The notes beneath the pieces were generated by a model. It did not search any database, had not been told where the DNA came from, and saw only the letters and a program-made list of their open reading frames with translations. From NCBI GenBank assembly GCA_044229555.1, contig JBGASS010000002.1:1-24284 (forward strand): 24,284 bases of DNA, in the 5' to 3' direction. This DNA comes from Holophagaceae bacterium. Its GTDB lineage: Bacteria > Acidobacteriota > Holophagae > Holophagales > Holophagaceae. Made by a program: the position numbers and the translations under genes. How positions within the stretch are numbered: position 1 is the first letter of the stretch; each line of letters starts with the position of its first letter. This document shows, piece by piece, positions 16,811 to 24,284 of the stretch.

Positions 16811-17785
16811 ATGGCCGACCAGCCCCTCCTGAAGGCCCTCAAGGAAGGCGACGCGTTCTCGGGCTTCCTCCTCGCCCAGGAGGCCGCCTACAAGATCAAC
16901 GTGAAGGGCAGCGAGTACCTGGAGCTGAGGCTCTCGGACGCCAGCGGCGACATCAAGGCCTTCCTCTGGGACGTGCGCGCCGTGGAGGGCGGCCACGACC
17001 GCATCCAGGCCGACGCCTTCCTCTGGGTGAAGGGCTCCTCGGGAGCCTACAACGGCCGGCCCCAGCTGCGCCTCGACAAGGTGCGCTTCGCGGAGGACGG
17101 GGAGGTCGGCGACCTGTCCCGCTTCTTTCCCGTCAGCGCGCGGCCCGTGCCGGAGATGCTCGCCGAGATGGACGGCGTCATCGCCTCGATCCGCGATCCC
17201 TGGATCCGCCGGCTCCTCGCGGCCCTCTTCATCGAGGACGCGGCCCTGCGCGCCGCCTTCGCCACCGCGCCCGCCGCGAAGTCCATGCACCACGTCTACC
17301 TCGGCGGGCTCCTCGAGCACACCCTCTCCATCCTCGGCATGGCGGAACGGGCCTGCGCCCACTACGGCGGCCTGAACCGGGACCTGGTGCTGGCGGGCGT
17401 CTTCCTCCACGACGTGGGGAAGACCGCCGAACTCAGCTACCAGCGCTCCTTCGGCTACACCGACGAGGGCAACCTCATCGGCCACATCTCCATGGAGGCC
17501 CAGTGGATCACGCGGGAGGCCGGGCGCATCCCGGACTTCCCCGAGGAATTGCGCCTGCAGCTGCTGCACATCGTCCTCAGCCACCACGGCAAGCTGGAGT
17601 ACGGCTCGCCGGTGCTGCCCAAGACGCCGGAGGCCCTGCTGGTGCACTACCTGGACGACCTGGACGGCAAGCTGGAGGTGATGTTCCGCGCCATCCGCGA
17701 GAACGGCGAGGCCCGTTGGAGCCCCTTCAACCGGAACCTGGAGCGGATGATCTACGCCGTGAGGTGGCCGAAGGTGGAGGGGTAG
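16811..17785 (+). CDS. yhaM: OB-fold plus HD-domain 3'-5' exonuclease (YhaM/CBF1 family)
   Basis: N-terminal OB fold (YLELRLSDASGDIKAFLW); APAAKSMHHVYLGGLLEH, LHDVGK, LIGHI, ILSHHG-like VLSHHGKLEYGSP, HYLDDLD. Confidence 0.85.
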   Translation: MADQPLLKALKEGDAFSGFLLAQEAAYKINVKGSEYLELRLSDASGDIKAFLWDVRAVEGGHDRIQADAFLWVKGSSGAYNGRPQLRLDKVRFAEDGEVGDLSRFFPVSARPVPEMLAEMDGVIASIRDPWIRRLLAALFIEDAALRAAFATAPAAKSMHHVYLGGLLEHTLSILGMAERACAHYGGLNRDLVLAGVFLHDVGKTAELSYQRSFGYTDEGNLIGHISMEAQWITREAGRIPDFPEELRLQLLHIVLSHHGKLEYGSPVLPKTPEALLVHYLDDLDGKLEVMFRAIRENGEARWSPFNRNLERMIYAVRWPKVEG

Positions 17786-17875
17786 GGGGGATCTGCAGCC
17801 AGACCTGATCCTGGCGCCCGGTCTTCGTGGCCCCGCGGAATCATGGTGGATGCACCTGGCGCGCTTCGCTTGCCT

Positions 17876-17930
17876 GCACCCTCAAGAACAAGGGTTCGCA
17901 AAGGGCGCGATCCCTTGTTCTTGAGGGTGC
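17876..17930. repeat. Perfect 19-bp inverted repeat (REP-like or bidirectional terminator candidate)
   Basis: GCACCCTCAAGAACAAGGG (17876-17894) pairs with CCCTTGTTCTTGAGGGTGC (17912-17930); the 17-nt centre can add TCGC/GCGA pairs. Lies between convergent genes. Confidence 0.9.
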
Positions 17931-17935
17931 CTTTC

Positions 17936-18001
17936 CAAGGTCAAAGGCAAGGTCAATGGCCAGGTCAAGGTCAAGGTCAATGGCAAGGTCAGAGGCAAGA
18001 C
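17936..18001. repeat. Degenerate hexamer tandem array (CAAGGT-like, 11 units)
   Basis: caaggt caaagg caaggt caatgg ccaggt caaggt caaggt caatgg caaggt cagagg caagac, starting 5 nt after the palindrome. Confidence 0.9.
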
Positions 18002-18035
18002 TTCGATCCAGACGGCATCGAAGGTTGAGCCAGCT

Positions 18036-19412
18036 TCAGGCCATGGCCATCCAGCTGCCGGTCTCCGTCGGCCGGGGCATCTCGGGCAGGTCGCTCTCCT
18101 TGAACATGAAGTGGACGCTGTTCCAGCTGGAGCAGCCCTCGCAGCGGTCCACGTAGTCCTGGGTGCGGTGGCCGCAGACGCTGCACTCGAAGCGCAGCTT
18201 GAGGACGCCCAGGTTGCGCAGGAGCTGGCGGTACTCGTTCATGGCCTGGTCGTTGCGCCCGCGGCGGGCGTGGATCTTGGCCATGAAGAAGAAGAGGATG
18301 GGAGAGTAGACCACCTGGCTGCGCACCTCCATGAACTGGTCCAGGGCGCGGTCCAGGATCTCCAGGCGGTAGAGCATCTTGCCCAGGAAGAACTTGGCGG
18401 TGGTGGCGTGCTCGGTGGTGGAGGCCACGCGCTCCAGGACGGCGAGGCCGTCGTCGGGCTTGCCGATCTGGATGAAGTAGTCCTCGATCTCCTGGAGGAA
18501 GGTGCCTTCGCCGGTCTTGCGGAAGCCCTCCAGCCAGATCTCCACGCCCTGCTGCTCCTGGTCCTGCAGCACCATGCAGCGGCCCAGGGCGAGCTGGGCG
18601 GGCAGGAAGCCGGCGTCCTCCTTCAGCACCAGCTGGAAGGTCTGGATGGCCTCCTTGAACTGGTCGGCCTCCACCTTGCCGAGGCCCACCTGGTAGAGCA
18701 GAGCCGAGCCCTGGGCCTTCTCGCCGGTGCCCATCTCCGCGCTGAAGTGCTGGTTGAGCTTGCGGTGGGCCTCGAGGGCCTCGTCCCATCGCTGGGCGTC
18801 CGTGTGCAAGGCCCGCAGCCGCCGCCACGCGCGCAGGGCCTGCTTGGGCCGGTCCGCGGCGATCTTCTTCAGGACCGCCACCGCGGCGTCGGAGCTGCGG
18901 TTCGCCAGCAGGGCCTCCGCCAGCTGGTAGCGGGCCTCCAGGTTGTCCGGATGGGCCATGCAGTAGACTTCCATGTGCTTCACGGCGCCTTCCGTATCGC
19001 CGGTCTTCATGAGCACTTCGCCCAGGAGGATGTTGGCGCCCTGGTGGTCGGAGCGCTCCTCCAGCACGGCCCCGAGCACGCCCCTGGCCTCGGCGTAGAG
19101 GCCGTGGCTCATGAGCTCCCGGGCCTCGTGCATGTGGCCGCTGACGCGCTTGCCCACGCGGGTGGCGGCGGAGGCGTTGAGGCCCGTGACCAGGCCCCGC
19201 AGGGCCACGACGCTGTTGTAGAGCAGGTTCACGAAGAAGCCGATGCCCACGCTCACCAGCACCAGGGCCCAGACCCGGATGTGCCGGTCCCCGTAAAAGA
19301 CCACCTGGCGGTTGAAGAGGTCGTAGTTGACCAGGTAGAGGTTGCCCAGGGCAATGACCACCCCGGCCATCAGCAGCACGAAGATGAAATTGATGAGCTT
19401 CATTCCGGACAT
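18036..19412 (-). CDS. Membrane-anchored TPR protein with C-terminal CxxC...CxxC; LapB-like with a LapA-like N-terminus
   Basis: ATG 19412 after GGAG; two N-terminal TM segments; serial TPR helices; FECSVCGH...RCEGCSSWNS rubredoxin-like end. Confidence 0.8.
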   Translation of the reverse strand: MSGMKLINFIFVLLMAGVVIALGNLYLVNYDLFNRQVVFYGDRHIRVWALVLVSVGIGFFVNLLYNSVVALRGLVTGLNASAATRVGKRVSGHMHEARELMSHGLYAEARGVLGAVLEERSDHQGANILLGEVLMKTGDTEGAVKHMEVYCMAHPDNLEARYQLAEALLANRSSDAAVAVLKKIAADRPKQALRAWRRLRALHTDAQRWDEALEAHRKLNQHFSAEMGTGEKAQGSALLYQVGLGKVEADQFKEAIQTFQLVLKEDAGFLPAQLALGRCMVLQDQEQQGVEIWLEGFRKTGEGTFLQEIEDYFIQIGKPDDGLAVLERVASTTEHATTAKFFLGKMLYRLEILDRALDQFMEVRSQVVYSPILFFFMAKIHARRGRNDQAMNEYRQLLRNLGVLKLRFECSVCGHRTQDYVDRCEGCSSWNSVHFMFKESDLPEMPRPTETGSWMAMA

Positions 19413-19470
19413 GGGGGGCTCCGCCGTTCGCATCGTTGTCTTGAAGTCTAACTCGCATCAGGCGCAGCGG

Positions 19471-19548
19471 CCGGGCTCGGCCCGGGCGTCGCGCGGGGAG
19501 CACGAGGGGGACGCAGAGCGACCAAGGGGAGCGGGCGGTCCCCCTCGT
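19471..19548. repeat. Intergenic palindromic element (two inverted repeats)
   Basis: CCGGGC-TCG-GCCCGG (19471-19485) and ACGAGGGGGAC (19502-19512) pairing with GTCCCCCTCGT (19538-19548). Confidence 0.6.
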
Positions 19549-19554
19549 TTGGCG

Positions 19555-20367
19555 TCAGTCCCGCTCCAGCCAGGCCTTGGCGGCCTTCAGGTCCTCCCAC
19601 ACCGCCTTCCGCACGTCCTGGGTGTACTGGCGGAGCACGTAGGCGGGATGGAAGGTGGGCATCACGGGGATGTCCCGCTCCCCGATCCGCACCCGCCGCC
19701 ACTGGCCGCGGATCTTCGTGATGCCGGCGCTCTCGCCCACCAGCTCCCGCAGGGGCGTGGCGCCGAGGGTCACGATGACGCCGGGGCGGACGAGCTCGAT
19801 CTGGCGCCGCAGGTAGCCCAGGCAGGCCGCCGCCTCGGGGGCCGTGGGCACGCGGTTGTCCGGGGGGCGGCACTTCACGATGTTGGCGATGTAGACCTGC
19901 TCCCGGGTGAGGCCGATGGCGCCGATCATCTTGTCCAGGAGCTCGCCGGCCTTGCCCACGAAGGGCCGGCCCTGGAGGTCCTCGTCCCGTCCCGGCCCCT
20001 CGCCGATGAACATGAGCCCCGCCCGGGGGTCCCCTTCGCCGAAGACGAAGCGCAAGCGGCCCGGCCCCAGAGGGCAGGCCAGGCAGCCCTGGATCCTGGA
20101 CTCCAGCTCCTGGAGGGTGGCCGAGGAGGCCACGGCCTCCGGGCCGGGACAGGCCGCCGGATCCGAGGGGGGCGCGTCGGCGGCGGGCCCGGTTACCGCC
20201 GGCCGGGGTTCGGGAGGTGCTGCCGGGGGTGCAGGGCGGCGCGGGGCGGGCGGCAACGCCGCGGCCGGGCTCGCCGGCGGCGGGCGGGGAGGCGCGGGTT
20301 CCGGCACCAGCCCCATCACCCCGAGTTCCTTCAGGGTGTCGCGCCAGGCCTGCCGGGGGTCCGTCAT
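19555..20367 (-). CDS. Uracil-DNA glycosylase, family 4 (Fe-S type)
   Basis: CLACPL, GEGPG, PFVGKAGELL, VKCRPPDNRVP, TFHPAY; Pro/Ala-rich N-terminal linker. Confidence 0.95.
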   Translation of the reverse strand: MTDPRQAWRDTLKELGVMGLVPEPAPPRPPPASPAAALPPAPRRPAPPAAPPEPRPAVTGPAADAPPSDPAACPGPEAVASSATLQELESRIQGCLACPLGPGRLRFVFGEGDPRAGLMFIGEGPGRDEDLQGRPFVGKAGELLDKMIGAIGLTREQVYIANIVKCRPPDNRVPTAPEAAACLGYLRRQIELVRPGVIVTLGATPLRELVGESAGITKIRGQWRRVRIGERDIPVMPTFHPAYVLRQYTQDVRKAVWEDLKAAKAWLERD

Positions 20368-20373
20368 TGGACT

Positions 20374-20379
20374 AGACTA
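20374..20379 (-). promoter_or_regulatory. -10 element TAGTCT, leaderless promoter candidate for UDG
   Basis: Minus strand TAGTCT-AGTCCA-ATG(20367), with no Shine-Dalgarno. Confidence 0.5.
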
Positions 20380-20383
20380 ATGG

Positions 20384-20412
20384 GGAACCTTCCCTCCCGC
20401 CTGGGCATCCCA
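20384..20412 (+). promoter_or_regulatory. Possible ECF-type autoregulatory promoter
   Basis: GGAACCTT at 20384 resembles the RpoE-type -35 (GGAACTT); CATCCCA starts 16 nt after GGAACC. The -10 assignment is speculative. Confidence 0.3.
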
Positions 20413-20429
20413 GTTGCGACGAGGCACGC

Positions 20430-20948
20430 ATGCAGCCCCAGAGATCCTTGGAAAACACACCTTTCGGCGCCCCGGCGGACTTCCACGCCGCCTTCGCGGA
20501 GCTCTATCCGCGGCTGGTGAGCTATGCCCGCCGCTACGGGGCGGTCTATCCCGAGGACATCGCCCAGGAGGCCTTCGTGATCCTGATGCAGCGGGAGATC
20601 CCCCCGGAGCATCCGACGGCCTTCGTGTACGGCACCGTGCGGACCCTGGCCCTCACCGAGCGCCGGCCCATGAAGAACCAGAACATCAGCCTGGAATCCG
20701 TCATGGAGCCGGGCCGGAGCGCCGAAGCCGACGACGCCATGCTGAACCGGGAAGTCCGGGAGCGCATGCAGCTCCTGTCCCCCACCTTCCGCGAAGCCCT
20801 CTGGCTCTTCGTCGTGGAAGGCCTATCCATCAAGGAGATCGCTGAGATCCTCAGCATCCCCGAAGCCACCGTGAAAACCCGCATCCACCGCGCCAAGCTC
20901 CAGCTGCGCGACCAGCTCAACCCCGGAGGCATCCATGCCATGGCCTGA
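20430..20948 (+). CDS. ECF RNA polymerase sigma factor
   Basis: Sigma2 (PEDIAQEAF) and sigma4 (LSPTFREALWLFVVEGLSIKEIAEILSIPEATVKTRIHRAK) only; 172 aa. Confidence 0.93.
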   Translation: MQPQRSLENTPFGAPADFHAAFAELYPRLVSYARRYGAVYPEDIAQEAFVILMQREIPPEHPTAFVYGTVRTLALTERRPMKNQNISLESVMEPGRSAEADDAMLNREVRERMQLLSPTFREALWLFVVEGLSIKEIAEILSIPEATVKTRIHRAKLQLRDQLNPGGIHAMA

Positions 20949-21420
20949 ACCTGTCCGCCGCTTCGAGTCCCAAGAGGACAGGGAGCTCCGGGCGGAGCTC
21001 GCGGAACTGCTCGGCTATTCGCCGACCGCCCAGGCCCGCGGGGGGAACTTCAACTACGGCGAAGGCTCCAACTACTTCGGCGCCAAGCCCACCCGGCTCG
21101 AGGCCCAGCGGCGCCGCAACACCACCCGCCGCCTACCGGGGTGGATGCTCCTGGCCGCCGCATCGCCCATCGCCCTGGCCCTCACCGGCCTGGGCACCTG
21201 GGGCGTCCAGCAGAAGCGCAAGGCCGAAGCCGCCGCCGCCGCGGTGCGGCAGATGGAGGAGCGGGTGCGCCACGCCAAGGAGGCCTCCGAGGCCGAGATC
21301 CAGCGCGGGCGGAGCACGCTCCAGCAGGGCGGCTCCCTCCAGCTCGCCGCCGCCCCGGAAACCGGCAGGCCCGCCACCGCCGCCGAGGCGAAGGACCGAA
21401 GGGGAAGGGCAAGCGCCTGA
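20935..21420 (+). CDS. Single-pass membrane protein, candidate anti-sigma factor
   Basis: GGAGG RBS; 14-nt overlap with the sigma gene; central TM (WMLLAAASPIALALTGLGTWGV) followed by a coiled-coil-like region. Confidence 0.65.
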   Translation: MPWPEPVRRFESQEDRELRAELAELLGYSPTAQARGGNFNYGEGSNYFGAKPTRLEAQRRRNTTRRLPGWMLLAAASPIALALTGLGTWGVQQKRKAEAAAAAVRQMEERVRHAKEASEAEIQRGRSTLQQGGSLQLAAAPETGRPATAAEAKDRRGRASA

Positions 21421-21571
21421 CCCTACCCGGTGATTCCGGTGGAGCGCGGCGCGGTGCCTCGCTTACTGGGACGACCCAGGTGAAGACGCCCCCGTAGCGC
21501 TGAGGGAGCTTTCAGGCAACGAAAAGGCCCCTTCTGGCTGATCCGTTAGTCCTGCTTGTGTCGGCCACGAC

Positions 21572-23482
21572 CTAGCCCGCCGCGGAATGGGCTCCGGGGG
21601 TCCAGCCCCGCTCGTTGAGCAGGCGCACGCCCTGGATGCGGGAGAGGCGGAAGGCCATCTCCTCCTGGTGCAGGTGGCAGAAGGCGTGGAGGTGGTCGCC
21701 GTCCACGTCCCGCGGCGTGACCCTCCGGAGCTGGGTCCGATGGGCCGCCGGGGGCAGGTAGGTGAGTTCCACCATCAGGGTGTGGCTGCCGGCGTATTCC
21801 AGGATGCGCTGGGTCTCCTCGGGACCCTGGGCGGCCCCCATGTGCAGCATGGGGATGCGCTTCTGGATCTCCTGGTAGAGGTTCGCGTCCTCGTCGTGGA
21901 GCTTCTGCAGGGCCGCGCGCACCATGGTCCGCACGGGTTCCAGGTGGTGGTCCATCCCCTTCTCGTCCACGAAGGCCAGGGCCGCCAGGGCCCAGAGGTA
22001 GAGGTCCTCGTCCCCGTCCAGGCTCACGGGCAGGAAGCGGGCGGGCTTGGGCAGGAAACCGGCGGATTTCAGCAGGGCGAAGGCGTTGCCCTGGCCCCGC
22101 ACCTCCATGACCGTGTCGGAGATGGGCACGAGGCGCAGCTGGGCCAGCTCGGGCCGCAGCCTCAGCTCCTCCGCCAGGGAGGCGCTGCGGGCCCGCACGA
22201 GGCGGGCGCCCTGCTCGACCTCCACCTCGCCCACCCGGGCCGAGAGGTCGTCGAAGAGCTGGATGAGGGGCTGGGGCAGGGGCCCCGAGGCCCGCTCGCT
22301 CAGGCGCGCGCGGAGGTCCTCCAAGCTCACCCCCATGTCCAGGGCCCGCACCAGGGTGTCGTGGCCCACCCGGAAGGTGGCCATGGTGTCCAGGGCCTCG
22401 ATCTCCGCCACCTGGGCCAGGCGCAGCAGGCGGTGGGGATTCTGGAGGAGGGGCGTCAGGACTTCCAGGTTCGGCTGCAGCACCAGGGAGGCCTCCTGGT
22501 CCATGGGCCGCCAGTGGGACTCGGTGCCCGCGTGGTCCCGGAGGAGGTACTCGTGGGCGAGGGCCTCGCCGTGCTCCGTCAGCGCCAGGTGGCCGCCCGA
22601 GGCGTCCATGGCGATGAGCCCCATGCGCTTCAGGAAGGGCAGGAACACGTCGGCGGTGCGGGCCTCGTCCAGGGGGTGGAGGGTCCGGAGGAAGCCGAGG
22701 AAGGGCTGCACGGACAGGGTCTGGCCCCGGCGCTCCAGGAGGTGCTGCATGAGGAAGTGCCGGTCTTCCGCCGGGGGCATGCCCCAGGCCTTGAGGTCGT
22801 GCTCCAGCAGCGAGGCGAAGGCCCGTTCCGCCACCCACCGGGGCGGATGGGACAGGACCGCCGGAAGGAGGGTGTCCACCCGGCCCTCGCGGCTCCAGAG
22901 CAGGCCCAGGCGGTGCAGGAGGGTGAAGAGCAGGGTGGCGTCCTGGTCCTCCTTCAGCAGGGCGTTGCGGTGCAGCAGCTGGTGCAGCTCCTTCTTCGCG
23001 GGGAGGCCGCCCTTGAGGACCCGGATGCCGCCGACGCAGCGGAGCAGCACGGAGGAGAGGGCGAGGGAGAATCCGAAGGGCTGGGTCTGCTGCTTGGCCA
23101 CGTCCCCTTCGCTCTGGATGGCGAGGCCCCCCTCGTCGAAGCCCTACAGCGCGTCCGCCACCCGGTCGGGCACCACCAGGAGGCCGTCCCGGGAGAGGGC
23201 CAGCCCCAGGTCCATCAGCTCCTGCCCCAGCTCGGCCGCCGGCTGGGTGCCGTCCACGGAGAGCTGCTTGAGGGCCAGCAGGATGGGGCTTTCCAGGTCC
23301 GCGAGGATGTCCGTCAAGTGCCGGTTGTCCTCGAGGTGGAAGGCCATGGTCTTGAGGAGGCGCTTGCGGCCCTCGGGCCCGTCCTCCCAGCGGGTCGGGA
23401 TGGGCAGGCGCCGGCGCTCGCAGATGCGCTGGAGCTGCTCATCCGAGCAGGTGTGGAGCAGCTGGAAGTGCGAGAGCGGCAT
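21572..23482 (-). CDS. XPB/Ssl2-like N-terminal (Helicase_C_3) domain plus C-terminal WYL domain protein; one in-frame TAG at 23144-23146
   Basis: ORFs 23144..23482 and 21572..23101 are in the same frame, joined by 14 sense codons. VLQPNLEVL...TFRVGHDTLVRALDMG...PLPQPL fits XPB-N; ELTY...RRVTP...LHAFCHL..EEMAFRLSRI fits WYL. Confidence 0.75.
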
Positions 23483-23606
23483 GGAACCTCGGCGCAAGCA
23501 GGACCCTCCAGCTTCTCATGGATTCCCCCCCCGTTCACGGCCCAATTCCCCGGGGCGGGCATGGCAAGGGCCCGCGGAAGCGGGCCCTGCCGGGACGCGC
23601 CGGAGC

Positions 23607-24284
23607 CTACTGGGCGGTCAGGACGCCCACCGAGACGGTGATGGCCGCCGCCGCCCCGGAATCGGGGAGGAGCACCGCCTTGCCGGGGACCGCGGTGAAG
23701 GTGACGGCGCCGAGGGCGGGGCTGCCCTTCAGGTCCACCGCCACCCGCGCCAGGGCGCCCGTGGCGGTGAAGGCCACGGCGGGAACCGTGGCGCCCTTCT
23801 GGTAGACGCCGGCCTGCAGCACGTCGCCGGCGGCCTTGGCCTTGAGGAGCTGGGTGCCCGTGCCCAGGTTGAAGGCGCTGTTCTGGACCAGCTGCGCGTC
23901 CGAGCCCGCCACCTTCGTCCAGTCCACCTTGGTGGTGTCCGCGCTCAGGTAGAAGCCCACGCCGCGGCCGGAGGTCCCCGCGGGCCCCAGGAGGTCCAGC
24001 ACCAGGTGCGTGGCGGTGGACAGGCTTGCGTTCCGCACCAGGCGGTAGGCGCCGCCGGTGGGGTCCGCGTAGGCCAAGGCGCTCGCGGTGCGGGTGAAGG
24101 CGGGCGAGGAGGCCGTGCCGCCGGGCGTGGTCACCGAGATTGGCCCCGCGGTGGCGGCGGCGGGCACCACGGCGCTGATGGACGAGGCGGTCGCGCTGAA
24201 GGAAGCCGCCGCCGTGCCGTTGAAGGAGACGGCGGTGGCGCCGCCGAGGTTTGAACCGGAGATCGTCACCGTGGCGCCCGCGGG
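23607..24284 (-). CDS. IPT/TIG-domain surface or secreted protein, 3' part (5' end outside window)
   Basis: Frame open to the window edge; GATVTISGSNLGGATAVSFNG...AVVPAAATAGPISVTTPGGT is an IPT/TIG repeat, followed by an ~150-aa beta-rich domain. Confidence 0.8.
   Translation of the reverse strand, partial: PAGATVTISGSNLGGATAVSFNGTAAASFSATASSISAVVPAAATAGPISVTTPGGTASSPAFTRTASALAYADPTGGAYRLVRNASLSTATHLVLDLLGPAGTSGRGVGFYLSADTTKVDWTKVAGSDAQLVQNSAFNLGTGTQLLKAKAAGDVLQAGVYQKGATVPAVAFTATGALARVAVDLKGSPALGAVTFTAVPGKAVLLPDSGAAAAITVSVGVLTAQ

Noticed and set aside
17876-18001. CRISPR array
   Set aside because: No repeat-spacer periodicity and no cas genes.
17843-18028. 61-aa QG-repeat peptide (or RS-repeat peptide in another frame)
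   Set aside because: No RBS, atypical codon use, and it spans the palindrome; the repeats are explained by the DNA hexamer array.
21421-21571. Hammerhead ribozyme, 6S RNA, SRP RNA or group II intron end
   Set aside because: CTGAGGGA...GAAA breaks the CUGANGA core and lacks stem II; there is no long 6S rod pairing, no SRP GGAA/AGCAG motif, and no domain V before CCCTACCC.
77-24254. Numerous long overlapping or antisense ORFs in the track (e.g. 1031..2173, 5222..6631, 11030..12859, 21587..23641, 22047..24254)
   Set aside because: Shadow frames of high-GC genes with no family motifs and biased Arg/Gly/Pro/His composition.
1-24284. Genome-wide TAG reassignment
   Set aside because: TAG ends hmgA, the MBL, amidohydrolase, YhaM, WYL and IPT/TIG genes at plausible C-termini.

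Overview
High-GC bacterial chromosomal window (roughly 70% GC by eye). The gene style (Oar-type TonB receptor, IPT/TIG surface protein) suggests Acidobacteriota, possibly Holophagae; this is inference, not verified. It holds about 21 genes, with no tRNA, rRNA, CRISPR or transposase recognised. In order: P5C dehydrogenase (5' truncated), homogentisate 1,2-dioxygenase and an MscS channel (+); a long minus-strand run, in transcription order bioF-bioD-bioA, TonB-dependent receptor, fumarylacetoacetate hydrolase, secreted amidohydrolase, flavin-reductase-like protein, secreted MBL-fold hydrolase; a plus-strand run of two parvulin/SurA-type foldases, an RqcP/YabO-like S4 protein and a YhaM-like nuclease; a palindrome plus hexamer-repeat spacer; an apparent LapA-LapB fusion and family-4 UDG (-); an ECF sigma with a membrane partner (+); an XPB-N-terminal-domain/WYL protein interrupted by one in-frame TAG (-); and the 3' end of an IPT/TIG protein (-). 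Segments at about 7.5-9.6 kb, 12.1-13.1 kb and 15.1-15.5 kb are dense in frameshifts across unrelated genes, most likely sequencing or assembly error, so boundaries there are approximate and the 2061-aa ORF is an artefact. Best leads: the amber-interrupted XPB-N/WYL gene, the LapA-LapB fusion, the foldase-RqcP-YhaM run, the homogentisate genes lacking a MaiA but with a flavin-reductase-like gene, and the 19-bp palindrome with hexamer array.
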